64,000 bases of DNA from an uncultured Lentisphaerales bacterium (GCA_943788985.1 CALSSJ010000032.1:65320-129319), one strand, 5' to 3'. Counted from the first letter of the stretch, positions 44,936-56,307 are shown. Notes: generated by a model not told the origin, from the sequence alone. Numbers and translations are program-made.

Positions 44936-46290
44936 CGGCCTTTGGCCTTGCGCTGGACCTTACCGGCCTGCCGCTCGCTGGGCACATACCAGCCGTCAAG
45001 GGCGGCGCTGAGTTCCTTGACGAGGTCCGGCTTTTGGACGGCGAGATTCACCGTTTCCGAGGGGTCGGCCTTGAGGTCGAAGAGCTGGGCGTCGCCATTC
45101 TTTGCCGGATACTTCATTCTGCCGGGCGCGCCGTCGTAGGTGAGGAGCAGCTTGTCGTGGCCGCGGATCACCCAGCGATGGAGAAGCGACGCGTGCGGAT
45201 TCTCGATGTCTGCGATGTCGTGGGCAAAGGACTCGCCGAAGAGGGTATCGCGATCGATCGCATCGCCGCTCTTGAGCTGCGCCAGGAGATTGAGGCCAGG
45301 AAAGTGGTGTGGGCCGGTGGCGCTGGCAGCGGCCAAGATGGTCGGGACGATGTCGATGGACGAGCAGAGTTCAGGACGATCCGCTGCGGGGATGGTGCCG
45401 GGCCAGCGAAACATGATTGGCGTGCGTGTGCCACCCTCGTAGGGGCTGAGCTTGGAGCGCTCGGCATAGGATCCGGTCTCGGTCTGGATCCAGCCGTTGT
45501 CGGTGACGTAGATGATCAGCGTATTTTTGCCGATGCCAGCCCCGTCGATGTGCTCCACCAGGGCACCGCAGGTTTCATCGAACCACTCGCACATCGCGTA
45601 ATATTTGGCGATTCGCACCGGAACCCCTTTGGCCTGATACTTTTTGAGGAGCCGCGCGGGGGGCGTGTGCGGCGTGTGGGGCATAAAGGGGGCATACCAG
45701 ACAAAGAAAGGTTTTTCGTGCTTCACCGAGCGATCGATGAAGTCGAACACTGGCTTCATGCCTTTGCGCCCGATCGCGAGGCCGGCGTCGCCATGGCGGC
45801 CGCCCGGGGTCGGAAATCCTTTGCTCATGCCATCGGTAAATCCACCACGTTGATAGGGGCCTTCCCACCATTTCCCGCTCTGATGACTGACATAGCCCTG
45901 CTTGGCCAGCCACTGCGGCAGCGCGCCTGTCTGGTCTATATGAGAAATGAGAACTTCCCGACTGTCCTTGCCTGCCTTCTGGGCGTGGGCCTGGTTGGCT
46001 GTTGTGCGGGCCGGGTCATTGCCAGTGGTCTTGTTCTGGTGCGAGTAGAGGCCGGTGGCCAACGTCATGAGGGCGGGGCGACAGAGGGCGGTCGGGACAT
46101 AGCCGCGCCGAAACAAGACACTTTGCGCTGCCAGCGTATCGAGATGCGGCGTCTCAATTTCGGGATGCCCCATGAATCCATAGTCGGTGTAGCTCTGGTC
46201 ATCCGACAGGATCAAGACGATGTTCGGTGGCTTTGCCAGGGCGGTGGGCAGGCACAGAAGAAGCGCGAGAGCGGCAAGGGATAGGCGCAT
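44932..46290 (-). CDS. Secreted S1 sulfatase
   Basis: Signal peptide, PNIVLILSDD, TPHLD, LCRPAL..TG, GKWW, DNG, YEGG. Confidence 0.93.
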   Translation of the reverse strand: MRLSLAALALLLCLPTALAKPPNIVLILSDDQSYTDYGFMGHPEIETPHLDTLAAQSVLFRRGYVPTALCRPALMTLATGLYSHQNKTTGNDPARTTANQAHAQKAGKDSREVLISHIDQTGALPQWLAKQGYVSHQSGKWWEGPYQRGGFTDGMSKGFPTPGGRHGDAGLAIGRKGMKPVFDFIDRSVKHEKPFFVWYAPFMPHTPHTPPARLLKKYQAKGVPVRIAKYYAMCEWFDETCGALVEHIDGAGIGKNTLIIYVTDNGWIQTETGSYAERSKLSPYEGGTRTPIMFRWPGTIPAADRPELCSSIDIVPTILAAASATGPHHFPGLNLLAQLKSGDAIDRDTLFGESFAHDIADIENPHASLLHRWVIRGHDKLLLTYDGAPGRMKYPAKNGDAQLFDLKADPSETVNLAVQKPDLVKELSAALDGWYVPSERQAGKVQRKAKGR

Positions 46291-46526
46291 GAGAATGCCT
46301 GTGAGTTGGGTGAGAGCGTTTCCTAACGATTGGAGAACAACCCCTAATGTAACGGTGCGCAATCCCGATTTCCACGTGAGCCATCGCGGCGGGCAGATGC
46401 CATTCTGGAGAAACTGCCCGTTGTACTCTTGTCTTGCAGTGCACTCTTATGGTGTAGGGTTGTCGAAGACTAGGCGACATGCCGCTAGATTCTCTCGCTG
46501 TTAATGCGACCTCACTCGAAAAATCG

Positions 46527-47993
46527 ATGAAATTTATTACGTACATCAGCGTACTCCTCGCCATTATGGCGGGTTTAGTGGCCAGCCTGTCTGGTCGTAT
46601 TGAGCTGGATGTGAGCGCACCATGGCAGCAAGTGATCGGCAATGTTCACCCGCTGTTGCTTCATCTTCCGATCGGCGGCTTAACCATCCTGGTCCTACTG
46701 GAATTGTCCAAAAAGCTGGGTTGGGTTAAGGCGGATGACTGCCTGCTCTATTTTATCCTGCTGATCACAAGCCTGTTTGCGAGTGCCTCATTCTTCACTG
46801 GCTTTGCCTTGGCCCAGCAAGGTGGCTTTCCGGATGAACTGCTCAATAGACATCTGTGGTGTGCGGCGGCTTACGTCTGTTTTTTGACGGTATGCGCGGT
46901 GCTCAAACAGCGAGCTATCGGCAAGGAGGGACGCACGTTGGTTTACCATCTCAGTATTGTTGGGGCCTGTGCCAGCATGGCGTTGACCGGGCACTTTGGC
47001 GGGCTGATGACACATGGTGACCCGCTAGCGCCGCTGTTTGTTGAGCAGTATCAAGCGGTAGAAACCAACAAGCCGACCGAGGAGCTTCTTGTGTTCACAG
47101 AAGTGATGCAGCCAATCTTGGCAGCAAAGTGCTATTCATGTCATGGGAACGGGAAGATGAAAGGGAAGCTGAGCCTGAGTACCTATGATGACATACTTGC
47201 CGGGGGCAAGTCGGCAGGCAGGGCACTGATTCCAGGAGACGCCGAGAGGAGCTTACTCATCAGCTCGCTTATGCATCCGCTGGATGATTAGAAACACATG
47301 CCGCCAGCGGAGCAAACTCAGCTGTCTGAAGGAGAAATCAGCATTCTCAGCTGGTGGGTGGCCAGCGGCGCTCAGCGGGATCTTACCGTGGCTCAGGCTC
47401 AGCCTCCTGCCGAAATCGTTACAGCCATTACTAAACTGGTTCCAGAAGAAGTGCGGGAGCAGTGGGAAATCGAGCGCCTCCAAGAAATAGTGAAGGAGAA
47501 GCAAGAAGCGAAGCAGCAGCGGATCGCGTTGAATACGATCATTCAGGCGAATACACCCGGCACGCTGCAGCCCATGCTCAGGTTCGTCTCGCCCTACAGC
47601 GCGAACATCCATTTCTCATCCGTATCACTGCAGGGGGAATTCGGTGACTCCGATTTTGCGACGTTAGAAGGCCTGGGCAAGTACTTGACCTCTGTGGATC
47701 TCAGCTATTCGTCGATCTCCAGCCCCACGATAAAGGCCCTGGCTGCTTGCCAGAACATTCACTCTCTTCGGCTTGCAAGCACCAAGATCAGCGTGGCGGA
47801 TGTGGCTCAACTCAGCAAGCTGGAGAGGCTCAAGACACTCTCACTGCACAGTACCGAGATTGATGCGACCGCGCTTCAGCATTTGAGCAAGATGACGTCG
47901 CTTCGCGAGCTTTGCCTATGGTCTACCAAGGTGACACCGGAAGAGATTGCGGCGTTCAGAGAGACTCATCCAGAAATCCACGTGGTCTATTAA
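46527..47993 (+). pseudogene. Membrane (DUF2231-like) + planctomycete cytochrome c + LRR protein, interrupted by TAG
   Basis: HPLLLHLPIG, GHFGG.MTHG, CYSCH, LDD*KHMPP (TAG 47289-47291, same frame continues), LRR tail. Confidence 0.82.
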
Positions 47994-47996
47994 GCG

Positions 47997-48527
47997 ATGC
48001 TGAATTGTAACATCATACCCGTGCTAATTGCCGCCGCGTCAGTCGTCATGCCAGCTTCATTGGCTAGGGCGGATACGTCCGGGCACCTCGACCTTCAGTA
48101 CAAGGCAAGGCAGATTGTCGCCCACAAGTGTTGGAAATGTCATGGTTCTGAGCGCGATGAGGGGGATCTTCGTCTTCATACCCGGAAGCACATCATCGAG
48201 TCGGGTACGGTTGATCTGGAGACCCCGCATGAGTCGAAGTTGCTGCAGCGGATCAGTCTTCCAGAAGGGCATAAGAAGATCATGCCGTCAGAGTCAAAGC
48301 CTCTGCCGCCGAAGGAAATCGCGATCCTCACGCAATGGCTTGAAGGCGGCCTTAAGTGGGAGGGGCGTGGCGCGTGCAAAGAAGCTCCGCTAGCGCTGCG
48401 CAAGGTAGAAGCAGTCGCGAACACCACGTTTAGCAATGCGATCGACCAGCATGTGGATCAATACTTCAAGGCGCAGCAAATCGCCTGGAAACCGATGGTA
48501 GACGATAGAGTCTTTCTGCGCCGAGCC
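47997..48527 (+). pseudogene. Planctomycete cytochrome c / DUF1549 protein, 5' fragment fused to a sulfatase
   Basis: CWKCHG..MP..W, NAIDQHV, DDRVFLRRA; the frame then continues into a sulfatase leader. Confidence 0.78.
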
Positions 48528-49902
48528 ATGCTGGTTGTTTTTGGGGTGCTGTGGGGAAGTTTCCTGATCGCAGAGGCGGCAGACCTAGCGCCAACGAAAC
48601 CCAACTTCATTGTCATCTTTACGGATGACCAGGGCTATGCAGACTTGGGCTGCTTTGGCTCGGAGAACATCAAGACGCCACATATTGATCAGATGGCAGC
48701 CGAGGGACGCAAGTTTACCTCGTTTTTCGTGGCCAGCTCCGTCTGCACGCCTCGCGTGCCGCGCTGCTAACCGGTTGCTATCCCAAGCGCATTGGCATGG
48801 AGAAGCACGTCATCTTCCCCGCGCAAAACCACGGGCTGCACACCGACGAGGTGACGATTGCGGATCTACTGAGCGGCAATGGCTACGCCACCGCTTGCTT
48901 TGGCAAGTGGCACCTGGGCCACCGGAAGCCATTTCTGCCAACGAGCCAGGGCTTCGATACCTACTTTGGCATTCCTCACTCGAATGACATGAACCATCCC
49001 GGTAAGCGCAAAAAAAAACGTGGGGGAAGTGGGATGAGTGCTGGGCGGATCCGGAAAGCACGCTCACCAAATGGTATACGCCGTTGATGGAGGATGAGGA
49101 GATTATTGAGTTGCCCGTGGATCAGCGCACGATCACCCGCCGCTAGACGGACAAGGCGATTGATTTCATCACCAAGAACCAGGAGAAGCCGTTCTTCCTC
49201 TATCTGCCGCACAGCATGCCGCATCTGCCGCTCTATGTGCCGGATGAGCTTTATGACCCGAATGTCCTCAATGCCTACAAGATCGTCATCGAGCACATTG
49301 ACGCCGAAACCGGGCGTCTATTGAAGACGGTTAAAGATCTTGGACTTACCGATCATACCTACGTGATCTTCACCTCGGACAACAACCCATGGTCCGGTTT
49401 CAAGCACCACGCAGGAAAGGCCATACCGCTCCGCGGAAGCAAGGGAGACCACACCGAAGGCGGCCAGCGGGTGCCTTGCGTGATGTGGGCGCCAGGCCGG
49501 ATCCCCGCGGGCACGGAAACCGATGCGTTCACGACCACCATGGATCTGTTGCCGACGGTCGCCAAACTCGCAGGCGTGCCGCTGAAAACGCGGGGACCGA
49601 TCGACGGGCTGGATATTAGCGCCGTCATCCATGGCGAGGATACGTCGCCGCGAACCGAGATGTTGTACGACTCGGCGAGAGGCGCCTTAAAAGGCCTTCG
49701 CCATGGGGACTGGAAGATTCTCAAGCCTGGCAAGCAGGACGAGCTGCATCTGTTTTATCTCAAGGACGATGTCGGCGAACGCACAGATCTGGCAAAGAAG
49801 ATGCCCGAGAAAGTGGCTGGGCTGGAAAAGAGAATGCTCGAGCTGGACGGAGAGATCGCGGACAATGTGCGGCCTCGCGGCCAATTCAAAAAGGCGCAAT
49901 AG
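48528..49902 (+). pseudogene. Arylsulfatase, disrupted
   Basis: KPNFIVIFTDD; -1 shift inside CTPSR; GKWHLG; shift at the A-run ~49010; TAG at 49144; TSDN. Confidence 0.88.
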
Positions 49903-50158
49903 GTCAAGGAGACGCATGCACTAAAAGTTCGCAACCTGATGGAGTCACAGGCAGAATAATCTAAGCGAGAAGTCCGTTGGAGTTCACCGCTTCAGCTGTG
50001 TCCCATGCAGGATGGCAGTTCGCCTGTGGCACATCTAAACGGGCTGTTTATTTAATATTTGAATCGCGCTGCAAGCGCATGTTTGCCCTAGACTAGGGCT
50101 ATATTGGCCTTTCAGCCCGGCTAGATGCGCGAAGACAGAGTAAGCAAAAGAGAGATTC

Positions 50159-52753
50159 ATGAAATATATTCAGATTGCCTTGTTACTGGTGCCACTGCTG
50201 AGCTTTGCCGCGGCGGACTCGTATCGCTTAAGCTGGCGCTCGGACCCGGCGACGTCGATGGTGATTGGCTGGAACCAGGTTTCCGGCGCTAAGGCGGAGG
50301 TTTGTTACGACACGCAGGACCATGGCCGGAAGGCCATCGACTATCGGTTCCGCCGTCTCCCGGATCGGGTCGTAGACTACCGTGGCATGACCAATTGCTT
50401 TGTGCGGCTGGAAAACCTGGCCCCGGATACCGCCTACTATTTCGTGATCTGTGACAGCGAAGGCGTGGGGCAGCGGCTCTGGTTTCGTACCGGCCCGGCC
50501 ACGGCAATGCCCTTCACCTTCATCGCCGGTGGTGATTCACGCACTAACCCGGAACCGCGGCGGCGGGGCAATAAACTTGTCGCTAAGCTGCGTCCGCTCT
50601 TCGTACTTTTTGGCGGCGACTACACCGGCTCGGGGACCCCCGCTGAATGGAAGGAATGGCTCCAAGATTGGCAGCTCACGATTAGCGCGGATGGTCGGAT
50701 CTACCCCATTATTGCCAGCCACGGAAATCACGAGAATGCCGACCTGCAGATGATGAGCAAAGTCTTTGATACCCCCCACCCCGATCAGTACTACTCGTTT
50801 GGCTTCGCGGACGACCTCATGCGGATCTGGGTCCTGAACACCGAACTCGCGTACAAGGCCCCCGCTGTGGTTCCGGCGCAGCAGGCATGGCTGGAGGCGA
50901 ATCTATCGCAGCACGCGGATGCCACCTGGAAGCTGGCTTCCTACCACCGGCCCATGCGCCCTCATACGACCACCAAGGCAGAGGGCCTCAAGCGAATCGC
51001 TGCCTGGGCACAGTTGTTCTACGATCAGGGGATCGACTTGGTGGTCGAATCTGATACGCACATGGTGAAGCGCAGTTATCCGCTCCGGCCGTCTGAGGGA
51101 GAAGGCAGCTATGAGAGCTTTGTCCGGGACGACCAGACTGGAATGGTCTTTATTGGCGAAGGGAGCTGGGGGGCTCCGCCGAAGCCCGCGGACGATGATA
51201 AGCCCTGGACCATGGCGTGCGACTCATTCCATCAGTTCAAGTGGATCCAGGTTCAGCCCGACGAGATGTTGATCCGTACCGTAAAGTTCGAAGACGTCGA
51301 AAAGGTTGAAGCACTCACGGAGGAGACCCTCTTCGCGGAACCGGAGAACATGGTATTCTGGGAGCCCGAGACGGGTAAAACCCTGCGGTTGCCGTTCAGT
51401 ACAACGCATGCGAGTTATCACGCCCCTGGCACCCAGAGTGCACGCCCCTCCCGCAGCCAGGTATGGTCATGGAGTTTGGATGGCAAAACATGGCATGAAG
51501 GGAAGGCGCCGCTGGGCTACGGAGATGGCCATGTGCGGACGAAGATTATGGCGGGCAATGAGAAACCGCAGTATGCCCTGCTTAAGAAGTCCTTCATCGT
51601 GGAGGATCCAGCAGCTGTAGCGCGCCTCTTCTTCGATCTGCAGGTCGATGATGGCTGCGTCATCAAGCTCAACGGCACTGAGGTCATCCGCTACAACATG
51701 CCGGCTGGCCCGATTACCGATAAGAGTCGGGCCTCGACGGGGATCTTTGGCGCAAAAGAGAAACAGGTCGTATCTCGCCCAGTGGATCTCACCTCGCTCA
51801 AGCTCGGCGTCAACACCATCGAGGCACGTGTCCATCAGTTCGGCCCCCACAGCTCCGACCTTGTGTTTGACCTCTCCGTGCGAATGGAACAGAAGGCCGA
51901 CGCTCAAAGCACCGCTGCAACTGCCGACTACGCGTTTGGGGCCATTGCCGACTGTCAGTACTGCAATATCCAAACCAAGGGCAAGCGGCGATACGCGCAA
52001 TCCGAAAAGAAGCTCACAGACTGCGTCGCTGATTTCAACACGATGGACTTGGCCTTCGTGACGCACTTGGGCGATTTCATTGACCGCGACTTTGAGAGCT
52101 TTGATGTGGTCGGGCCCATCTATAATCAACTCCGGATGCCGAAGTACCACGTCCTGGGAAATCACGACTTCTCGGTGGCAGACCACCTGAAGAAAGACGT
52201 GCCGAGCAAGATGGGCATGCCCTCGAAGTATTACGACTATGAAAAGGAGGGCTGGCGCTACGTGGTTTTGGACGGAAACGACGTCAGCTTTCATGCCTAC
52301 CCGGAGAATAGCGAAGACGCCCAAAAGGCTGCCGAATACTACGAGACTAACAAGATCACTTCTCCACAATGGAATGGCGCCGTTGGCGAGAAGCAGCTGT
52401 CATGGCTGAAGGGCGTGCTGGAGAGCGCGCAGCAGGCGCATGAGAAGGTCATTCTCTTCTGCCATTTCCCCGCCTACCCGCCCAATAATCACAATCTATG
52501 GAATGCTGAGCAGGTCATTGCTCTGCTCGAAGGTTACCCGTGTGTGAAGGCCTATATTAACGGGCACAACCACAGTGGTGGCTATGGACTAAAGGAAGGG
52601 ATTCACTATCTGACGCTGAAGGGAATGGTCGACACCGAAACGACCTCGTACGCTGTGATTCGCCTCTCCGCTGACAAAATTGAGGTCGATGGCTACGGGC
52701 GTGAAGAGGACCGAATCCTGCCGGTTAAGACGCGAGCCGCCGCCCGTCCGTAA
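50159..52753 (+). CDS. Secreted double metallophosphoesterase: FN3/purple-acid-phosphatase-like + beta-sandwich + ADP-ribose/CDP-alcohol-diphosphatase-like domain
   Basis: Domain 1: GDSR, GGDY, GNHE, YH.P. Middle: APLGYGD, DDG..NG.E..R.NM. Domain 2: ADCQY, LGDFID, GNHD, CHFP, GHNH. Confidence 0.88.
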   Translation: MKYIQIALLLVPLLSFAAADSYRLSWRSDPATSMVIGWNQVSGAKAEVCYDTQDHGRKAIDYRFRRLPDRVVDYRGMTNCFVRLENLAPDTAYYFVICDSEGVGQRLWFRTGPATAMPFTFIAGGDSRTNPEPRRRGNKLVAKLRPLFVLFGGDYTGSGTPAEWKEWLQDWQLTISADGRIYPIIASHGNHENADLQMMSKVFDTPHPDQYYSFGFADDLMRIWVLNTELAYKAPAVVPAQQAWLEANLSQHADATWKLASYHRPMRPHTTTKAEGLKRIAAWAQLFYDQGIDLVVESDTHMVKRSYPLRPSEGEGSYESFVRDDQTGMVFIGEGSWGAPPKPADDDKPWTMACDSFHQFKWIQVQPDEMLIRTVKFEDVEKVEALTEETLFAEPENMVFWEPETGKTLRLPFSTTHASYHAPGTQSARPSRSQVWSWSLDGKTWHEGKAPLGYGDGHVRTKIMAGNEKPQYALLKKSFIVEDPAAVARLFFDLQVDDGCVIKLNGTEVIRYNMPAGPITDKSRASTGIFGAKEKQVVSRPVDLTSLKLGVNTIEARVHQFGPHSSDLVFDLSVRMEQKADAQSTAATADYAFGAIADCQYCNIQTKGKRRYAQSEKKLTDCVADFNTMDLAFVTHLGDFIDRDFESFDVVGPIYNQLRMPKYHVLGNHDFSVADHLKKDVPSKMGMPSKYYDYEKEGWRYVVLDGNDVSFHAYPENSEDAQKAAEYYETNKITSPQWNGAVGEKQLSWLKGVLESAQQAHEKVILFCHFPAYPPNNHNLWNAEQVIALLEGYPCVKAYINGHNHSGGYGLKEGIHYLTLKGMVDTETTSYAVIRLSADKIEVDGYGREEDRILPVKTRAAARP

Positions 52754-53317
52754 GCCTGTCGGGCCACGGGACATCAACCACAGCCGACCAGAGGGAGACG
52801 GGCCCCGGTAGGGGCAGCGAAGCGTCAAATGAACGCTGATGGACACTGATTTATGCAGCCCCCTGGGAGCGCAGCCGTCTCGCCTGCATTCGTCCCGTTG
52901 TGCTCCAATTCCAGGGGGGGAGCGGGGCGCGACGAAGAGCGCGAAAAGTGGGGACTGGGACTCAACCTGCGCGCTGCCTATGGCACGGGCAACTTTGAGG
53001 CCAATTTCGTCAATCTAGGCTTAGAAATCAGCGGTGCGGTGATCCTAGTTCGGTGAGCGGCCCCGGTACGGTCTGGTCGTTAAGCTAACCGCGTGGTATT
53101 GACGACATTTCGGCATCATTGACAAGCGCGCGGCCAGTCCGATCAGCTCGGGCATCTACTACCTCGACGCCGTCGCCAGCAAGGCAGTCGAGCAATTCCA
53201 GATTGCATTGAAGATTCGCACTACTGGAATCTTGCCCCTGTGTATTTGCCGACCGTCGCGAGCCTCGCTCCGCTGATATGAGCAGATCTTCGTGAAGCGC
53301 AAGTCAGATTGAACTAC

Positions 53318-53391
53318 GGATAGCCGTGAAAGAACGCAAAGATCGCAAAAAAAGAGCGGGGTCCTGTCTTTGCGTTCCTTGACGACTATCC
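53318..53391. repeat. 25-nt inverted repeat built on a GCAAAGA-type periodic element
   Basis: GGATAGCCGTGAAAGAACGCAAAGA ... TCTTTGCGTTCCTTGACGACTATCC (3 mismatches). Confidence 0.75.
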
Positions 53392-53527
53392 CCAGAACCG
53401 TCCGCGCCTTTCGGGTTCTTCTTGCCGTGCATAAATCTGCAGTGCTCTACAGGCGTAGCGGCGATCATTGATCTTGAGAAATAACCATCATGGAACGGGC
53501 CTACTGCCGATTGGCAGAAACAGCTTA

Positions 53528-53556
53528 ATCTGCGGAAATGTGTGAAATCTGCGGAT
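53528..53556 (-). repeat. Triple periodic element (CGCAGAT type)
   Basis: Reverse complement ATCCGCAGAT TTCACACAT TTCCGCAGAT; matches 38454-38482. Confidence 0.65.
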
Positions 53557-53767
53557 GAAAATATTCAGCATCGCGCTCTGCCTCCTCTCGAATTCACTGG
53601 TCTAAAATGATACTTGACTTGGCCAGGATTGACGCATGATGGGACTTGCGTCGCGCCGGGGCGCGAGCGATTTTCTTAATCCTTGATTAGGCTAGCGCTC
53701 GGCACGTGTGCACCCACCGCCGCGCAGTTGAGAATGCCCATTCGATGCATAAGAGAGCTAACTCGCG

Positions 53768-53945
53768 ATGAAAGAAGATTGGCAGACACTGAGATCGACG
53801 TTCGACCGGGAAGGATACGGGATCGCTCGTAACGTCTTGGATTCGGTCTTGGTTGCCGAGGTGCAGGGACATGTTCACTGGCTACTCAATAAACACCCGG
53901 ACAAGAGGCAGGACGAACTTCACGCCGAGCTGGCGGCGCTGCGCG
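53768..53945 (+). pseudogene. PhyH-family 5' fragment
   Basis: TFDREGYGIARNVLD..HVHWLLNKHPD; no HxD motif follows. Confidence 0.55.
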
Positions 53946-54078
53946 TTCCTATGTGTATGATTTCGAGATTGCCGGGCCAGAAGAAACGGCGATTGCCAGA
54001 GGCAACGCGGTTCTTCGACAAGGCTCTCGTAGAGCCAGAGGTTTGGGCGCTTGTTTCAGGCGAGATGGCACGAGGATA

Positions 54079-56307
54079 ATGATGGGCAGACGCTACGGGA
54101 TCGCAGTGGTGATGGTGTGGGGCTGGTGTTGCGGATTGGTCGTCGCGCCGCAGGTCGTAGCCGCAGGCAAGCCGAATATCGTTCACATCATGATCGATGA
54201 TCTGGGCTGGCAGGATGTGGCCTGCTATTATCGCGCTCAGCATGGTGAGGAACCGTTCTACGAGACGCCGCACCTGGATCGTCTGGCGCAGCGGGGGATT
54301 CGCTTCATGCGGGCGTATTCTCCGGCCGTGACCTGCGCGCCGTCGCGGGCCGCGTTTATGACGGGGCAATTCACGCCGCATAACGGCGTATATCATGTCA
54401 ATATGGGCGGCCGCATTCCCCGAGCTCGCAGCGATGATCGACCGCAGCTAGACCCGTATTATGTGGGACGGATCACACCTGGCAAGCCCGTGATTGCTAA
54501 GGCACTGAAGACGGCGGGCTATACCACGGCGCATGTCGGCAAGTGGCATATCTCGGGAGCCGCCGGCTTTCCCACGCCCATCCAGCAGGGCTTCGACTTT
54601 TCGTACGATGAGCACCACCACTACAATGATCCAGAGCTCTACGACCCGAACGATCCACGAATTGCGAATTTCTCGGGTCTGTTTGCGCAGCCTAAGAATC
54701 GCCTGACCGATGCGTTTGACGACCCGCGGTTTCCCTTGCTCGAGGACGAGCGTCCCTATGACAGCATGGTGGACCTCTCCCAGCGTTGGATCGCTAAAGT
54801 GGCAAAGAAGGATGAACCATTCTTTCTAAATCTCTGCCCGAACTTGGTGCACGGCCCCGTGATGACGCGCGATAAGAAGCGCCTGGCCCATTACTGCAAG
54901 AAGCTAGGGATTCCGTTCCCGACCGATCCGGGATCGATATCCGACCCGAAAACGCCGGGACAGCACAATCCGTACTACGCGAGCATGGTTGATTCCGCCG
55001 ACTGGATTGTCGGGCAGATCGTCAAGACCCTGGAGGCGACCGACGACCCACGCAATCCAGGGCACAGGCTGATCGACAACAGCTACGTCATTGTCAGCGC
55101 CGATAATGGCGCGTCTCAGAATCTTGGAAACTGGCGCAGCTTAGACAAGAAGTTGCGCCGTGAAAAGGTGAGCGACAATGCGCCATTGCGTGAAGGAAAG
55201 GGCTGGGCCTACGAGGGTGGCTGCCGGATCCCGTTCATCGCTATGGGGCCAGGCATCCAGGCCGGTAGCGTCAACACTGAGACGCCGATCAACCTGATCG
55301 ACCTGTTTCCAACCTTTATGGCCATGGCCGGCTTGCCGCACGATGGGACCCTGGATCTCGATGGCTGCAATATTCTGCCGGTTTTGACGGGGCAGAGTAG
55401 GGCGGCAGAGTTCCACGATGGCACCGAACGCGATATGCTCTATCTCCACTATCCCGTGCTCAACGGCGCCTTTTCGACGGTCCAGCGAGATGGCTGGAAG
55501 CTGCTGAAAAACACGGGCATTCACATGAACAAGGCGCCGGAGATCCAGCTCTTCAACCTCAATGCCGATCTCAGCGAATCGCAGAACCAGGCCGCGCAGC
55601 ACCCTGAGTTGACGAAGCAGCTGCTGGCGGACCTCAACCGCTGGCTTGAGCAATACGATGCCGGTGTGCCATACAACAATGGCGCCTATAAGAAGGGCAA
55701 TCTTCCTGGGCAGGGATTGGTGCCGGCGGTGACGGGGCGCGGGAGCAACGGAGACCAACTTTGGGCGACCTTTGAAACGGCTGGTAAAGCGAAGGTCGAG
55801 GAAGCGTTCCTGCTTTATACGGTCAATGGCGATCTTCGCAGCAGCGACGAGGAATGGTTCCGCGCTCCGGCGACCCTGGCGAGTGGGCGTGTCGAAGCCC
55901 TAGCCGTGCCCGGCATGACCCATGGCATCTTCTGCTTGGTCGATGCGAACAACTTTCTGATCTACTCTGAGCCCGTCCCCACCATGCAGGACATTGGGCT
56001 GTTCAGGGCCCTCGCTTTCGCGCTGGAAGATGGCTATGCCTACAAGCCGGGCCTGGTAGCGCTGATCCAATGTGCGGAATCAGCCCAGCGACATGCCGAC
56101 CAAGCAGGGATCGATACGTCCGCGCTGAAACCAGCTCTGCAGAAGGCGAGGACCACAAACGCCAAGCCCTTGGATGAGGCGCTGTACGCCCAAGTGATTC
56201 GCAAGTTACGCGCCGAGATTCGTACTCTCAAGAATGTGCCGGAAGCCAAACTGGACAGCCTCAACTACTACCCACTGGCACATGAACGAGAAATTCTCAG
56301 CAAGTAA
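54079..56307 (+). CDS. Secreted S1 sulfatase with C-terminal extension
   Basis: GAGGA RBS, signal peptide, KPNIVHIMIDDLG, CAPSRAAFMTG, GKWH, ADNG, KGWAYEGG. Confidence 0.93.
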   Translation: MMGRRYGIAVVMVWGWCCGLVVAPQVVAAGKPNIVHIMIDDLGWQDVACYYRAQHGEEPFYETPHLDRLAQRGIRFMRAYSPAVTCAPSRAAFMTGQFTPHNGVYHVNMGGRIPRARSDDRPQLDPYYVGRITPGKPVIAKALKTAGYTTAHVGKWHISGAAGFPTPIQQGFDFSYDEHHHYNDPELYDPNDPRIANFSGLFAQPKNRLTDAFDDPRFPLLEDERPYDSMVDLSQRWIAKVAKKDEPFFLNLCPNLVHGPVMTRDKKRLAHYCKKLGIPFPTDPGSISDPKTPGQHNPYYASMVDSADWIVGQIVKTLEATDDPRNPGHRLIDNSYVIVSADNGASQNLGNWRSLDKKLRREKVSDNAPLREGKGWAYEGGCRIPFIAMGPGIQAGSVNTETPINLIDLFPTFMAMAGLPHDGTLDLDGCNILPVLTGQSRAAEFHDGTERDMLYLHYPVLNGAFSTVQRDGWKLLKNTGIHMNKAPEIQLFNLNADLSESQNQAAQHPELTKQLLADLNRWLEQYDAGVPYNNGAYKKGNLPGQGLVPAVTGRGSNGDQLWATFETAGKAKVEEAFLLYTVNGDLRSSDEEWFRAPATLASGRVEALAVPGMTHGIFCLVDANNFLIYSEPVPTMQDIGLFRALAFALEDGYAYKPGLVALIQCAESAQRHADQAGIDTSALKPALQKARTTNAKPLDEALYAQVIRKLRAEIRTLKNVPEAKLDSLNYYPLAHEREILSK

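Noticed and set aside
43094..46284. Long antisense ORFs (43094..44725, 45034..46284 and similar ones elsewhere)
   Set aside because: Shadows of GC-rich coding genes on the opposite strand, with no recognisable motifs.
10143..49146. Amber (TAG) recoding suggested by six in-frame TAGs
   Set aside because: The expected residues differ (for example Glu at 47289 and Tyr at 49144), TAA and TGA interruptions also occur, and intact genes such as yajC and the FGE-domain gene end normally on TAG.
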